Source: Methanobacteriota archaeon
Lineage (GTDB): Archaea > Halobacteriota > Bog-38 > Methanoflorentales > Methanoflorentaceae
Length of the DNA: 64,000 bases
Direction: 5' to 3'
NCBI GenBank assembly: GCA_963720465.1
Contig: OY970393.1
Location: 1,184,001-1,248,000, forward strand
Below the pieces are notes generated by a model, which was given only the letters and a program-made list of their open reading frames with translations, had not been told where the DNA came from and searched no databases. The position numbers and the translations under genes are program-made. Position 1 is the stretch's first letter, and each line of letters opens with the position of its first letter. Positions 17,661 through 29,129 of the stretch are shown piece after piece.

Positions 17661-19391
17661 ATGTACGCCGTGTTACAGATAGATGATGGGGCCCTTATTG
17701 ACGTTCGGGACTTCGAGCACGTGGTCAGCAGCGACCGTCGGACGTTCTATTTTGATGGGACGATCGATGGATTTATTCGAAGCGACTACGCGGTTGAGCA
17801 CAGCGTTGATGCGCCCGCACTGATTAGCGAGCTTCCCAAGTGCTTGGCGAGAATTAGCGGCCAGTACGCCGGCGTTTCTATCAAAGACGGTGCGCTGGAA
17901 TTCGCTTCCAGTGATATCGGGGCCAAGCAAGAGCTATACTATGCGACGACCGATTCTGAGCTCATTATCTCAACAAATTTCTTCGACCTCGCAAAAACGG
18001 TCGGACAGCTTGAATATGACTCTATGGAGCTACCCTATTTTCTCGCTGGCGGCTACTGTCGTCACGGGAAAACGACCTTCAAGGGGATATACCAGTTGCC
18101 ACCGGGCGAAACGCTACGTCACAGTCCACAGGGCTCGATTGTTACGGAGAGCTATTTAGATGATTTCAGCGGGATCAAAGTGACGTTTGGCGTTTTCAAG
18201 AACGCGATTCTGCAGGCGATCCGTACCGCTATCCAACAGGACCCCGCCTTCGACGAGGTTGTCATGTTGTCAGGCGGCGTCGATTCTTCAGTCTTGTGCG
18301 CCTTGATCAAAAAAGTCAAGGATGTGTCCGCCGTAACCTACCGCTTTGTCCCCGCCATTTCTTGGAATCGTGCAGACGAAATCAAGTCCGAAAAAATGGC
18401 AAAAAAAATACAGGTGAAGCACGAGATAGTAGACGTCAATTTAGACGATATCAACCTCGATTACCTAGACGATGTGATAATTTCAATGCCCTTCGCGGCA
18501 CATCTTGGCGTCAATTACAAAAAGATCTTCAGTTTCGAATCTTCGGTGAATCGGAAGCGCCGGCTGTGGTGCGGACAGGACGTGGACAGCTTATACAATT
18601 ATGCTGAGACGGCACCCCTTGCAATAGCTTCACGTTTCATGTTTTCTGACACGTACGCGAGAATGCTGCGAGGTATTAATGGCTATGCAAAGTACGGATC
18701 GGCTAAGCAAGCGCTTGACCTAGTTCTCACGTCTCTGTTTCGCAGCAAGTACAGACGGCGTTTTGAAACACCTGCGTCGTTTGATGAGCTTCTGCTCGGA
18801 GTTGCGCGATCGAGGGACAAATACCCTCCCGCCTTGCGGCCCGTCGGCGAGGAGACTGAAGCTCAAAATGGTAGGGTCGACACACGTGAGCCTATCACTG
18901 TCCCTGAAATACGAAAACGCTTGGTTGATGAAATGCTCAAGACCAACCTCTCTGACGGTACACATTACATTCAGTTACAAGCGCAAAGGCTCTTCCACTT
19001 GAACAACATTTTGCTCTATTCAACCCCGAGCGTCGTTCATTTGTTTCGGCAGCTGCGATTGTCTTTGCTCGACGTGGCTTTCAGCAAGCGCCTCTTGTAT
19101 CGATACGCGCGAGAGCTCGGCTTGCCAAAAAGCGATTTTCGGTCAGTTGACTACTCTCCAAAACCGGCGCAGAGGCCGCAAGACTGGTTGGAGGTATTTG
19201 AATCGACCACTTTCGGAGGAGAACTGAGAGAGCGCGCATCGAAGTTGGCACATCAAATGGACCTCAAATGGACCCCGTCAGGAGCGAGCACCTGGGATGA
19301 GGCAGCAAGGCTCTTGTGGCTAAACAACGTCTGGTTGAAGTTGACAGAAGGCGGCGTAGATCTGAAGTGGCCCACCTTCGGGACGCGATAA
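17661..19391 (+). CDS. Asparagine-synthetase-like ATP-dependent amide ligase
   Basis: Ntn-like N-domain (ISGQYA, SDIGAKQELYY, TFKGIYQLPPG) and PP-loop MLSGGVDSS. No N-terminal catalytic Cys. Confidence 0.8.
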   Translation: MYAVLQIDDGALIDVRDFEHVVSSDRRTFYFDGTIDGFIRSDYAVEHSVDAPALISELPKCLARISGQYAGVSIKDGALEFASSDIGAKQELYYATTDSELIISTNFFDLAKTVGQLEYDSMELPYFLAGGYCRHGKTTFKGIYQLPPGETLRHSPQGSIVTESYLDDFSGIKVTFGVFKNAILQAIRTAIQQDPAFDEVVMLSGGVDSSVLCALIKKVKDVSAVTYRFVPAISWNRADEIKSEKMAKKIQVKHEIVDVNLDDINLDYLDDVIISMPFAAHLGVNYKKIFSFESSVNRKRRLWCGQDVDSLYNYAETAPLAIASRFMFSDTYARMLRGINGYAKYGSAKQALDLVLTSLFRSKYRRRFETPASFDELLLGVARSRDKYPPALRPVGEETEAQNGRVDTREPITVPEIRKRLVDEMLKTNLSDGTHYIQLQAQRLFHLNNILLYSTPSVVHLFRQLRLSLLDVAFSKRLLYRYARELGLPKSDFRSVDYSPKPAQRPQDWLEVFESTTFGGELRERASKLAHQMDLKWTPSGASTWDEAARLLWLNNVWLKLTEGGVDLKWPTFGTR

Positions 19392-19751
19392 CTAGAAGGA
19401 ACAAGGTCCGACGTATTCACTTCGTCGGACGGCACGTAAAAGGCGGAAATGAAGTTTATCGTAGTTTTTGTAAAGCCGATAAACGCGGCAATGCAAGCGT
19501 TTCTTTGGGCCGTTGTACGTGAGTCGCATTAAGATGAGATCACGGTTTTATCTGACAATGCTATATTGACATTATGGAATAGAAGCACGTAGCCGCTGTA
19601 TCCCTAGCGTCGGCAGGGCCAAATTGTATACAAAACTGTCTCACTTGTCCACTTTTTTTGTTGTACCCTTTGTTTCTAGAGATACGTCCTAGTTGATTCT
19701 GGTATCAAATCTGCTGGAGCGCACCGCTCCATTTTTCCTATCCCAAACAAC

Positions 19752-20525
19752 CTAGTCTTGGTCACCGCGCGCTAAAACCAGCAAGTTAAAATGAGGGAAA
19801 ATTGCGGCAGCCAAACCAGGGTCGAACCGGAACATATTCTTTCGAATCTGAAAAATCATTCTTGCCTCAAATCCCCGCAAAGTATTTTGCCGGATTTCAT
19901 CGTCAAACGTGTAAAAATAATCAACAACTTCATAACCAAGATTGGCGAGTGTAGCCAGCGCAGTTTCCTTCGAGAAATAATGCAAATGCCCGTATCTCTT
20001 CCGCATGTAAAGCATGTAATTCGATTTGCTCAGGATAGTCCGCGCGCACATATCTAATGGAATGTGAAAAATCACCCATTTCGTTTTTTTTCGTAGTGCA
20101 TCCAGAAAACCAAGATAATCGGGAACATGCTCAAATACATCTAACAAAAGTACAAGGTCTGCTGAAGCCACCTTAGCCTTTAGAAAATCGTCGTTATAGA
20201 ATTTCAGGTTGGCATCCTCCTTCGATCTTGCAATTTCAATGGCCTGCGGAGAGATGTCAAAACCAGCTAATGCTACATCACGATTGATTTCTTTTTGCAA
20301 TTCAACCAAGATTTGGCCAGCACCACATCCGATATCATAGATGGACTCACAAGTCAGGTGATTTTTTTCCATCATCTGCAATACTTTGGAGGCCTTCCAA
20401 GGTGAATCGCCGACATGACAATCTTGAACCTTCTCTAGGTATGTTCCGTCTGCGTACTGCGCGGCAGAAACTCTAAAATCAGTGAGCTCTATTTGTACAC
20501 CGCGGCCGCTTCGTCGGTCCGCCAT
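19752..20525 (-). CDS. Class I SAM-dependent methyltransferase
   Basis: YDIGCGAG, GFDIS, DVFEHVPD and GHLHYF motifs. Confidence 0.88.
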   Translation of the reverse strand: MADRRSGRGVQIELTDFRVSAAQYADGTYLEKVQDCHVGDSPWKASKVLQMMEKNHLTCESIYDIGCGAGQILVELQKEINRDVALAGFDISPQAIEIARSKEDANLKFYNDDFLKAKVASADLVLLLDVFEHVPDYLGFLDALRKKTKWVIFHIPLDMCARTILSKSNYMLYMRKRYGHLHYFSKETALATLANLGYEVVDYFYTFDDEIRQNTLRGFEARMIFQIRKNMFRFDPGLAAAIFPHFNLLVLARGDQD

Positions 20526-20955
20526 ACGCCATCCCCCCCGGGAAACGTTAACAGATAATAGCACGCTGGCGCAATTTAAAGGTTATCTTTTCTCGAAGCG
20601 TTATCCGTACACTCTCAATTGTAGTCAATTTTATTCGATCGATCGGAGCGGATACAGGCCGCTCCAAGCAAAAAAATACCAATTTTTTTAACCCGAAGAT
20701 TATATAACTTAACTTCTTATAACGCCCGTTATTCGCTTCATTTTTTTATTTAAACCGCGTTAATGACCCTTAGAGAGATGCTTTCTTTTTCCAACCTATA
20801 CGCTGGATTTCCATGTCTCTCTTGCATCAGAAATCGGAACGCATAAGAAGTCGCCTATGTGCCACCACGCCTCCAGGCATCTCTCTGGCCGTGAGTTTCT
20901 TCTTTTTCGGCTTAGTGAGGCCAACAAACAGCGCGGCCCATTTGATCAACGAGGC

Positions 20956-22110
20956 TCAGCGCAAGGTGCCTTCCTGGACTGACAAGGCCCGCGCCCACGC
21001 TTCAACGGCACGTTCATAACGAAAATCTCTCTCGACCACTGTCCGCGCATTTCTGGCAGTTTCGCTAAGACGCGGATAGGACAAGCTCTCGTTGATACCC
21101 TCTGCAATGCCTTCCGGTGAATTATCGCGAATCAAGAAACCGGTCTCTTTATCCTCTATTACGTATGGCACTGCGCCGACAGGCGTGGCAAGAACGGGCG
21201 TCCCGCACGCCATGGCTTCCAGCACGACGTTCGGAAGCCCTTCCGTGTACGAGGGGAGCACGAGCAGTTTCAGTTTCGCAAGATACAAGGGAATTTCCGC
21301 GTGAGGGACCCACGTCTTGAGGGTCACCTTGCTGCGCAGAGGCTCACGATCCACCAACGTTCGAATTTCATCCTCGAGGTTGCCTTCGCCGATAATGAGA
21401 GCCCGTAGGTCAGGCCGCGTCTCGAGCGCTTTTGGCAATGCTTCGACAAAGTTGAGTACGCCCTTTTCTGCGTCTAACCGACCGAAATACCCCACGACCG
21501 GAGCTCTCTCTTGAAGATCGTTTTTGAAAATAAATTCGTCAAAGTTGAGAAAATGCCGATCAGCGATCACGACTTTCTTGTTGTAGGGTTCCAAATTCCA
21601 TTCTGCGGCCAAGTCAGCATATAGGATGATCCGATCCGAAAAACGCAAGTTAGCTTCTTGTAGGATTGCAATGACGCGTGGGAAGCTAGACGTCGCGGCA
21701 GAAATCTCGCAAGACGATCCGGAAAGCGCTACGAGCAATATTCTACCTAATGCTTTTGCCGCAAGCCCTGCGAGGGGCAAGCAATCTGCACCTATAAAGA
21801 ACACCCACACGTCGACCCGCTTTCCCACCTTCGCGAGCAGACGGGCGGCTTGCATTTGCATCTTGATATATCTGAAGATCTGTTGCGCTAGATGACCGCG
21901 GGGTTCGGTCGACCAAGATTCGCGAAATTCGCAGATTCGCACCCGTTTGTCGTTCTTGAAGCGATCATATGCATTTTTTCCTGTAATGAGGTAGATATCG
22001 CGGGCATTTGGGTATATAACGTCTATCAGGTTAGATAAGGGGGGAATTCCTGCTGCGGCCAGAGATGCGGTGAGAATCCCGACGCAGAGTTTTTCTCGAT
22101 GTTCATCCAT
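20956..22110 (-). CDS. Glycosyltransferase family 4
   Basis: GRLDAEKG and PSYTEGLPNVVLEAMACGTPV (EX7E). ATG at 22110 has a TATA box upstream. Confidence 0.93.
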   Translation of the reverse strand: MDEHREKLCVGILTASLAAAGIPPLSNLIDVIYPNARDIYLITGKNAYDRFKNDKRVRICEFRESWSTEPRGHLAQQIFRYIKMQMQAARLLAKVGKRVDVWVFFIGADCLPLAGLAAKALGRILLVALSGSSCEISAATSSFPRVIAILQEANLRFSDRIILYADLAAEWNLEPYNKKVVIADRHFLNFDEFIFKNDLQERAPVVGYFGRLDAEKGVLNFVEALPKALETRPDLRALIIGEGNLEDEIRTLVDREPLRSKVTLKTWVPHAEIPLYLAKLKLLVLPSYTEGLPNVVLEAMACGTPVLATPVGAVPYVIEDKETGFLIRDNSPEGIAEGINESLSYPRLSETARNARTVVERDFRYERAVEAWARALSVQEGTLR

Positions 22111-22465
22111 GGTTTCGAGGATGATTTCACGCGCATTTATATAAGCCCATGGCTTTGCGGCGGGTCTAAGAAGGCTACTTTCCTGAATCGAGAGGCTGGT
22201 AGCTTCGCATGCTAGGACCAATTCTTGCATACTATTTGGTCAACGGTATTGCCGCCATCCAGCGAAATTTGGCAACGTACCCATCTATTAGGTTTTGGAC
22301 TCGATCTGCCTATTGATAACCGTGGGATGCAGAGCTGGCACTCAAATCTTTCCTTGACGCCGTTAGCAAGAAAAGATGTGCTCGCTCTACATAGTGACCA
22401 ACTCCAAAACGTTGCAGCTGCGAGGTAATGAGTACGAGCTATCGAGAGTAACCATTCCTTTTTTA

Positions 22466-23386
22466 TTAGACGCACAATCGTGAATTTTGGTTATTCAAAT
22501 CGAGTAGATCTAAGATATTGCTATCTATTTCCGTGTCAAATTTTCTCGCAAAAAATTTTTCCGAGTTTAAAATGCCGTTGATATTTTTAGTGCGGAGTAT
22601 TTGCGGACCGGGCCAAACAAGGTATCTGAGATTATCATTAACAATTTGAGATTTAAAAGGAGAATTTAGAAGGATTGTCTGAAAAAAATGCTCATCAGGA
22701 ATGAGAACCGTTGAAAAAAGTTTGATATAATCAGGATTATTTTTTATAAAATCCAAAATATATTTAACGTGACCTTTATACAAGCAAAACCACATAGATC
22801 CAACGTATAAATCAAAAGAGCGCAACATTTTTTTATTTAGTCGAGGAATTTTAATAAATAGGGTGGTGTCCTTCCTTAAATTCCTCAATCCTTGTAGAAA
22901 TTCAATTGGGCCCCAATTGGGAATGGGATAATAACAATATTCAAATCTGTAATGAAATCGTGTCGTGGGCGGGCAATAAATTTTCTTATCCTTTTCATAC
23001 TCAGTATAGCCAAGCATTTTGTGAAAATCAACATAAGAGCAGCTACTTTTTGAAAGCACCTCTTTAATCGATCTCGTCGATTTAATGGGGTAACATTGTC
23101 CACTTAAATTGATAAAATAGGAATAATTAGAACTCTTAAAATGCTCCATGGCATCGATGGTCGCTTTTACCAGACCAAATGTGCCCCACGCATTAGAATG
23201 TCTAAATATAAAGGAAACGTTGCTTTTTTCAAATGATTTCAGATAGTCCATCCACTCTGCACGTTTCTTATCGGAATCAACTCCAAAAATGTTGATGTAA
23301 TAAAGATCCTCTGGAGAATATATTGCATGCATCAATCTACTAACTTGTTCAGGGTTTTTGTGAACTGACACATCGTATGCAATCAT
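22466..23386 (-). CDS. GT14 beta-1,6-N-acetylglucosaminyltransferase (core-2/I-branching)-like
   Basis: IAY...VHK, WG..GLV.A, INLSGQCYPIK, GSMWFCL, PDEHFFQT, NLRY..W and FARKFD motifs. Visibly AT-rich. Confidence 0.88.
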   Translation of the reverse strand: MIAYDVSVHKNPEQVSRLMHAIYSPEDLYYINIFGVDSDKKRAEWMDYLKSFEKSNVSFIFRHSNAWGTFGLVKATIDAMEHFKSSNYSYFINLSGQCYPIKSTRSIKEVLSKSSCSYVDFHKMLGYTEYEKDKKIYCPPTTRFHYRFEYCYYPIPNWGPIEFLQGLRNLRKDTTLFIKIPRLNKKMLRSFDLYVGSMWFCLYKGHVKYILDFIKNNPDYIKLFSTVLIPDEHFFQTILLNSPFKSQIVNDNLRYLVWPGPQILRTKNINGILNSEKFFARKFDTEIDSNILDLLDLNNQNSRLCV

Positions 23387-23944
23387 CGATTCGAATTAAT
23401 TTTTATGACTATTTAATGACCTCGATTCAAGGCAAAAAAACTATCAAAAAATGGTTTTTGGCTCTGTAGAGTTTCTCAACGATAACCGAAACGGGGAATC
23501 TTTCATTAATCTTGAGAGGTCTTAGTAGATCGCTTCGCAAGCGATTGCTCTGACGTGGATTGGGTATGTCGACATTTGTAAGACCCCCCCGCCCGGCTCT
23601 CCAGAATTCTTCAACCATAACTAGTCGAAAACCTATTTCATCAAGGTTTCAGACCTTACTTCATCTTCGTAAAGCGCCGTGACATGGCTCAGACGTCAGT
23701 CGACGTTCGATGCGCGGAATGTCTCAAGATCCACTACCTTCCGCTGTGCAGATGATATCTTATAGGAGTTCCTCTGGTACCTCAAAAGAAGGTTGCCAAG
23801 CAATTAAGCATGAATTCTTGACTGGCTTGAGCAGCAAGTCATGCGTCAAGCTTGCGAAAGAGCGTTGATGTGACCGTATATCCCAGGAGCGTGAAGGTCT
23901 GGTTGACGGCGGGGGTGGGGTTCTGCAAAGGAAGATTCCGTGGG

Positions 23945-26900
23945 TTAGGAGGCGCTGACTGTCTCTCTGACGGCAGCAGCAGAGGTTCCGTAGCCCGTGT
24001 CGCCGTAGAACGTCGCTTGGAGGAGGTAGCTACCCTGGGCAGGGATGCTGACGGTGAGGGAGTAAGAACCGTTGGCGGTGGTGGTGGCGGTGCCGATGGT
24101 GGTCCACTGTTTAGCGGAGTTCTCGCTGAAGAGGACGATCAGTTCGTTGGAGATGGCGGTGCCGTTGGCGATTAGGGTGCCGGAGACGGTGAAGGATTGG
24201 TTGACCGCTGGGTTGGCGTTTGAGGTGGTGACTGTGAGGGTGGTAGGTATAACGGTGCCGACAAGCACTTGACACGACGCGTATGAGGTGGCGTAGGTGG
24301 TGTCAGGTTGTGAATTGGTCTGATAGAGGTAGAGGCCCGGGGAGGCTTCGCTGCGGGTGAAGCTGTAGTAGCCGTTGGCGGTGGTCGTGGTGGTCCCGAG
24401 GTTGGACCACGCGCCTGTCGGATCTTTCCTGAGGAGGGTGATCTGCTTTCCGGAGAGGGAGGTGCCGTTGGCGGTGAGGGTGCCGGAGACGGTGAACGAT
24501 TGATTGACGGCGGGGTTGGCGTTTGAGGTGGTGGCAGTGAGGGTCGTCGGCTGGAGCGTGCCGACGGTCATGTTCAGTCCGGCGGTCGAAATGGCGTAAT
24601 CGAGATATGATTCTGACGCGACCATGTAGGAGTACTCCCCTGATAGTGGTTCGCTCCACACGAAGGAGTAGGAACCGTTCGTGCCGGTGAGCCTCGCGGC
24701 TTCCCACACCATCGGCTCACCGGAGACCTGCCTCCACAGGTCTATCTGTGCGCCTGAGACGGGATTGCCGTTTGTGTCGGTGAGGTAGCCGGAGAGCGTG
24801 AAGTTCTGGGTGGGGGCGGGGTTGGTGTTTGAGGTGTTGAGTGAGAGTGACGTTTGCGTGACGGTGCCGATGTTTTCGGTCTGTCCTGCATACGCCGCTC
24901 GGTAGTTTGCGTCACCTCCGAAGTGCGTTTCATACCAATACTGACCTGCAGATGGTTCGCTTACGGTAAAGGTGTAAAAGCCGGTCGCATTGGTGACGTA
25001 GCTCCCTATCTGAGGCCATTCGCCTCCTGGCGTCGTCGGCATCCGACAGAGCAGGGTGATCTGCTCGTTAGGGATGCCGGTCCCGTTAGCGTCCAGCAGG
25101 TAGCCATAGAGCGTGAAGTTCTGGGTGGGGGCGGGGTTGGCGTTGGTCGTGTATAGAGAGTTGGTGACGTTTTGCACATCGCCGATGGTCACGGCGGTCC
25201 ACCCGTTCAGATTTTGACACCCTGTGTAGTTTTGATCGCCGCTGAAGACGCCCCAGTAAAAGTACGCGCCTTGCGAGGATTCGCTGCGTGTGAAGCTATA
25301 TGAACCATTTACAGCGGTCGTGGTGGTAGCCAACGCCGTCTGCTGTCCCGCGGGATTCTCGCTGTAGAGGGTGATTTGTTCGCTGGCGAGGGGGGTGCCG
25401 TTGCTGTCGGTTAAAACTCCATATAAGGCGAAGGGCTGACCAACGGGCTCCGCTCCACTCGTATCAGGCTGACCGGTCGTTGAGTTTGTAATAAACATGC
25501 TGAGTTTCGTTGACTGATACGTGCCGACGAGAAGCGCGTGATACACTGTGGCAGAGGCAGCGGAGGCAGCGTAGCTGGAGTCGCCGTAGAAGGTTGCCTG
25601 GAGGATGTAGCTACCCTGGGTAGGGATGCTGACGGTGAACGAGTAGGAACCGTTGGTAGCGGTCGTGGTGGTGCCAAGGTTGGCCCACTGATTGGCAGAA
25701 TTCTCACTGAGGAGGGTGATCTGTTCGTTGGGGACGGCGCTGCCGTTCGCGGTGAGGGTGCCGGAGACAGTGAAGGATTGCTTAACGGCGGGGTTCTGGT
25801 TGTCCGTGCTAGCAGTCAGGGTGGTAGGCTGAAGGGTGCCGATTGTCTCTCTAACGGACGCAGCGGAGGCTTCATAGCTGGTGTCGCCGTAGAACGTCGC
25901 CTGGAGGAGGTAGGTGTCCTGGGTCAGGATGCTGACGGTGAAGGAGTAGGAACCGTTGGCGGTGGTGGTCACTGTGCCAAGGTTGGTCCACTGCTTGGCG
26001 GAGTTCTCACTGAGGAGGGTGATCTGTTCGTTGGGGACGGCGCTGCCGTTCGCGGTGAGGGTGCCGGAGACAGTGAAGGATTGCTTAACGGCGGGGTTGG
26101 CGTTTGAGGTGGTGGCAGTGAGGGTGGTGGGTGCCGGGGTTGCCGTTGGGGTTGGTGTTGGGGTTGCTGTTGGGTCTGCAGTCGGGGTTGGTGTTGGAGT
26201 TGGAGTTGGTGTTGGGGTTGCTGTTGGGTCTGCAGTCGGGGTTGGTGTTGGAGTTGGAGTTGCCGTTGGGGTTGGAGTTGCGGTTGGTGTTGGTGTTGGG
26301 GTTGGAGTTGCCGTTGGGGTTGGAGTTGCCGTTGGGGTTGGTGTTGGGGTTGGAGTTGCCGTTGGGGTTGGTGTTGGGGTTGGTGTTGGAGTTGGGGTGG
26401 GATCAACCGCAGCGACGGTGACGATGGCGGTCGGGCTTGTTGCGCTCGCGTAGGAGGAGCTGCCCGCGTAGGTGATGCGGTATTGGTAGGCAGCGGCGGT
26501 GGTTTCGGTCCGGCTGAAGGAGTAGGTGCCTGTGGTGGCAGTCTGCGACGCGGTGGTGGTCCAGGTGGTGCCACTGAGGCGCTGCAACGAGACGGTCTGC
26601 TTGGTGAGCGCGGCGCCGCTGGCGGTGAGCTGCCCGGTGATCGAGAAGGACTGCTTGACCTGGGCTGATGAGGGTGCAGAGATGGTGAGGGTGGTGGAGA
26701 CCGTGGCGGGCTTGACGGTGACGGTTGCGGTCGGGCTTGTTGAGCTCGCGTAGGTGGTGCTGCCCGCGGAGGTAGTGCGGTACTTGTAGGTGTTGGCGGT
26801 AGTTTCGGTCCGGCTGAAGGAGTAGGTGCCAGTGACGGTCTGTGAGGCGATGATGGTCCAGGTGTTGCCGTTGAGGCGTTGCAACGATACGGTCTGTCTA

Positions 26901-27127
26901 GCAGACGCAGCGCCATTGGCGCCGAGCTGCCCGGTGATCGAGAAGGACTGCTTGACCTGGGCTGATGAGGGTGCAGAGATGGTGAGGGTGGTGGAGATCT
27001 TTGCAGGCGTGGCCTTAATAATGCTGAAAGGTCTTGCCTCTACCATAACGTTAGCGTTACAGAACAACAATGCACAAATCACAAGCACGACTGCGACAAT
27101 AATCACTCCTCTCTTTTCTCCAAACAT
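23945..27127 (-). CDS. Secreted or surface protein with tandem Ig-like repeats and a Pro/Thr linker
   Basis: Signal peptide, repeated ~95-100 aa modules (TTLT...F.VSG.L...GSYSF...Y...F.GD..Y), a (PT)n linker and many N-x-S/T sequons. Confidence 0.85.
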   Translation of the reverse strand: MFGEKRGVIIVAVVLVICALLFCNANVMVEARPFSIIKATPAKISTTLTISAPSSAQVKQSFSITGQLGANGAASARQTVSLQRLNGNTWTIIASQTVTGTYSFSRTETTANTYKYRTTSAGSTTYASSTSPTATVTVKPATVSTTLTISAPSSAQVKQSFSITGQLTASGAALTKQTVSLQRLSGTTWTTTASQTATTGTYSFSRTETTAAAYQYRITYAGSSSYASATSPTAIVTVAAVDPTPTPTPTPTPTPTATPTPTPTPTATPTPTATPTPTPTPTATPTPTATPTPTPTPTADPTATPTPTPTPTPTPTADPTATPTPTPTATPAPTTLTATTSNANPAVKQSFTVSGTLTANGSAVPNEQITLLSENSAKQWTNLGTVTTTANGSYSFTVSILTQDTYLLQATFYGDTSYEASAASVRETIGTLQPTTLTASTDNQNPAVKQSFTVSGTLTANGSAVPNEQITLLSENSANQWANLGTTTTATNGSYSFTVSIPTQGSYILQATFYGDSSYAASAASATVYHALLVGTYQSTKLSMFITNSTTGQPDTSGAEPVGQPFALYGVLTDSNGTPLASEQITLYSENPAGQQTALATTTTAVNGSYSFTRSESSQGAYFYWGVFSGDQNYTGCQNLNGWTAVTIGDVQNVTNSLYTTNANPAPTQNFTLYGYLLDANGTGIPNEQITLLCRMPTTPGGEWPQIGSYVTNATGFYTFTVSEPSAGQYWYETHFGGDANYRAAYAGQTENIGTVTQTSLSLNTSNTNPAPTQNFTLSGYLTDTNGNPVSGAQIDLWRQVSGEPMVWEAARLTGTNGSYSFVWSEPLSGEYSYMVASESYLDYAISTAGLNMTVGTLQPTTLTATTSNANPAVNQSFTVSGTLTANGTSLSGKQITLLRKDPTGAWSNLGTTTTTANGYYSFTRSEASPGLYLYQTNSQPDTTYATSYASCQVLVGTVIPTTLTVTTSNANPAVNQSFTVSGTLIANGTAISNELIVLFSENSAKQWTTIGTATTTANGSYSLTVSIPAQGSYLLQATFYGDTGYGTSAAAVRETVSAS
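26130..26400 (-). repeat. Low-complexity hexamer repeats encoding the PT/TA linker
   Basis: Arrays of GTTGGG/GTTGGT/GTTGGA/GTTGCC encoding (PT)n, TATP and TADP. Confidence 0.9.
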
Positions 27128-27506
27128 TCCTCCTCACCTTGAGCGCTAACCCCGTACTCGGGCCACAAAGCCGTTCCGAGCACATAGGTACGCGCTAGAG
27201 GGGTTTTATTCTCCTTAAGCTTTCCTTTGCAAAATGGTGTCTAAATTGCCTTAGATTATCAATACAGCTTTATTTTGGCAAAGTAGTGCTTAAAGGTCGG
27301 TGCCTGTTCGCATACATCAACGCGAACGGAGGTTCGAAAAAAATCAGAGGGGGAAAAATGAGGTTAGAACGCTCTTGCTGACCATCTCAGCCTTATTCGG
27401 CTTTGAAGTCGCCATCCGTTCAGCGGCAAGCACGGCAAGAAAACGTGAGCTGTTCGTCCCAACAGGGACGTAGGGATGCCGGAGGTCGTTCAAGACTCAG
27501 GGGAGG

Positions 27507-28640
27507 TCACACCGCGCCCGCATTGACACCGATTCCTCGCGCAGTGTGGCGCTTGTTGCCCTGTCCGGCAACTGCTTCAATTTCGCTCAGAAACGCGGCC
27601 GCAGTCGCGTCCCAAGAGAACTGCCGGCTCCAGCTCAAAGCGGCCTCTGGCAATCGGCTTTGCAGATCTGTCTCACGCGCGAAACTGATTGCAGCACGTG
27701 CCAGCGCTTCGGGGGTCGGTTCCGTCAGGACACCCGTTTCGCCGTCTCTGACCGCGTCTCGGTAGCCGACGATGTCATAGGCGATGGCCGGGGTGCCACA
27801 CGCGTTGGCTTCAGTAATGACCATTCCCCACCCCTCGCGTATTCCCGGAACGAGCATAGCGTGCGCGCGTTGCATCAGGTCAACCTTGCGAGCTTCGTCT
27901 ACATACCCAAAAAACTCTACGTTCAGTCCTTTCGCCATTGCTTCGAGTTTCTCACGCTGCGCACCGCGACCCACAATCCACAGTCGGGCGTCCGGTATCT
28001 CGGATTGAATGGTCTCAAACGCTCGTATGCAGTCATCCGCGCGGTTGGCCTTTTTCAGAAGACCGACAAAGAGAAATGTCGGCACGTCTTCTTTGGTCGG
28101 CACCTCTTCCATAGGCTCATTGCCTAGTCCCTGAGGCACGACGCGCACCTTATTGATCCCAAATTTTAGCAACTCATCTCTGGTAGACTTGCTGACCGTG
28201 ACGGTGTCGACGTTGCGATAGTGCGCGTACCATCGTGGCTCCATGACGTAGTGCATAAGGTGACCAATCCCAGGCGGAAGCACCTCGAGATGCTTTGTGC
28301 CCACCACTTCGTGCACCAAGAAGATGATCGGCTCGCGCACAAACTGCGGGGCCAAGAAGGGTATGTTCGTGTACTCATCGACCACAACGTCGCAGTTCCC
28401 TCTTACGTGGTTGCGATAGTAGGTTCGCGCCTGCGACCGAACGGTCAAGTAGTTGCCCAGACGGATTACTTTGATGCCGTCAATCACTTCCTCTGGCGCA
28501 CCGCCGGCAAAATTCGAAGCGATGAGGGTGACGGAATGCCCGTGAGCGACCCACCGCTTCGCGACTTCGTGCGTAAAGACTTCAGCGCCTCCGGCGCGCG
28601 GATGCGCGTGATCCCGCAAATTCAGTATCAATATCCGCAT
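27507..28640 (-). CDS. Glycosyltransferase family 4
   Basis: HPRAGGAE and EGWGMVITEANACGTP motifs. Confidence 0.93.
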   Translation of the reverse strand: MRILILNLRDHAHPRAGGAEVFTHEVAKRWVAHGHSVTLIASNFAGGAPEEVIDGIKVIRLGNYLTVRSQARTYYRNHVRGNCDVVVDEYTNIPFLAPQFVREPIIFLVHEVVGTKHLEVLPPGIGHLMHYVMEPRWYAHYRNVDTVTVSKSTRDELLKFGINKVRVVPQGLGNEPMEEVPTKEDVPTFLFVGLLKKANRADDCIRAFETIQSEIPDARLWIVGRGAQREKLEAMAKGLNVEFFGYVDEARKVDLMQRAHAMLVPGIREGWGMVITEANACGTPAIAYDIVGYRDAVRDGETGVLTEPTPEALARAAISFARETDLQSRLPEAALSWSRQFSWDATAAAFLSEIEAVAGQGNKRHTARGIGVNAGAV

Positions 28641-28699
28641 ATTTACTCACGTTTGAATTAGGGGCACCGCGCGAAGACTCCGCCCAAGTGCGACAGAAG

Positions 28700-28750
28700 T
28701 TAACTATTGTTAAAGTATTTAAATGTTGTCTAAAACTATCAATAGTTTTA
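28700..28750 (-). promoter_or_regulatory. Promoter (TTTAAATA) with adjacent perfect inverted repeat TAAAACTAT-ca-ATAGTTTTA
   Basis: Upstream of the GT4 at 27507-28640. The AAAGTATTTAAAwGTTG core recurs at about 39978 and 44938. Palindrome at 28731-28750. Confidence 0.6.
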
Positions 28751-29129
28751 ATTCATATAAAGAGATAACAGAATAGTCAAAAGTTAACTTCAGTCACCTC
28801 GCATTTTTTGCTAACGACCAGTGTCATCGATCGCCTCCAAGCTTGGGGATACCAAGATGCTATTAGTAACCATTAGCTTTGGGGTGGATTGTCGCTCACA
28901 GGCGGCTGTTTAACCGCTCAAGCCGCATAACGGGCTGGAATCTATTAATAGTTTAAATCTGTGTGAAAAAATAAGGTAGGAGTTAAGAGTTAATCTAAAT
29001 CAACTATTTGCATGCAACGCGTAAGGCATAACCCTCGTTCCTGGCGATCGACGTGCATGCTTTGAGTTCCGACGCAAATTTGAACCTCACGTTTCGAAAT
29101 GAATTTGAACAGCTCGTCGATCGCAGACA

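Noticed and set aside
26130-26400. CRISPR-like repeat array
   Set aside because: These are hexamer coding repeats for a Pro/Thr linker, with no unique spacers or cas genes.
25538-26916. Long overlapping ORFs (315-aa Q/P-rich, 165-aa VG-rich, 189 aa)
   Set aside because: Alternative-frame or antisense shadows of the repetitive surface-protein gene.
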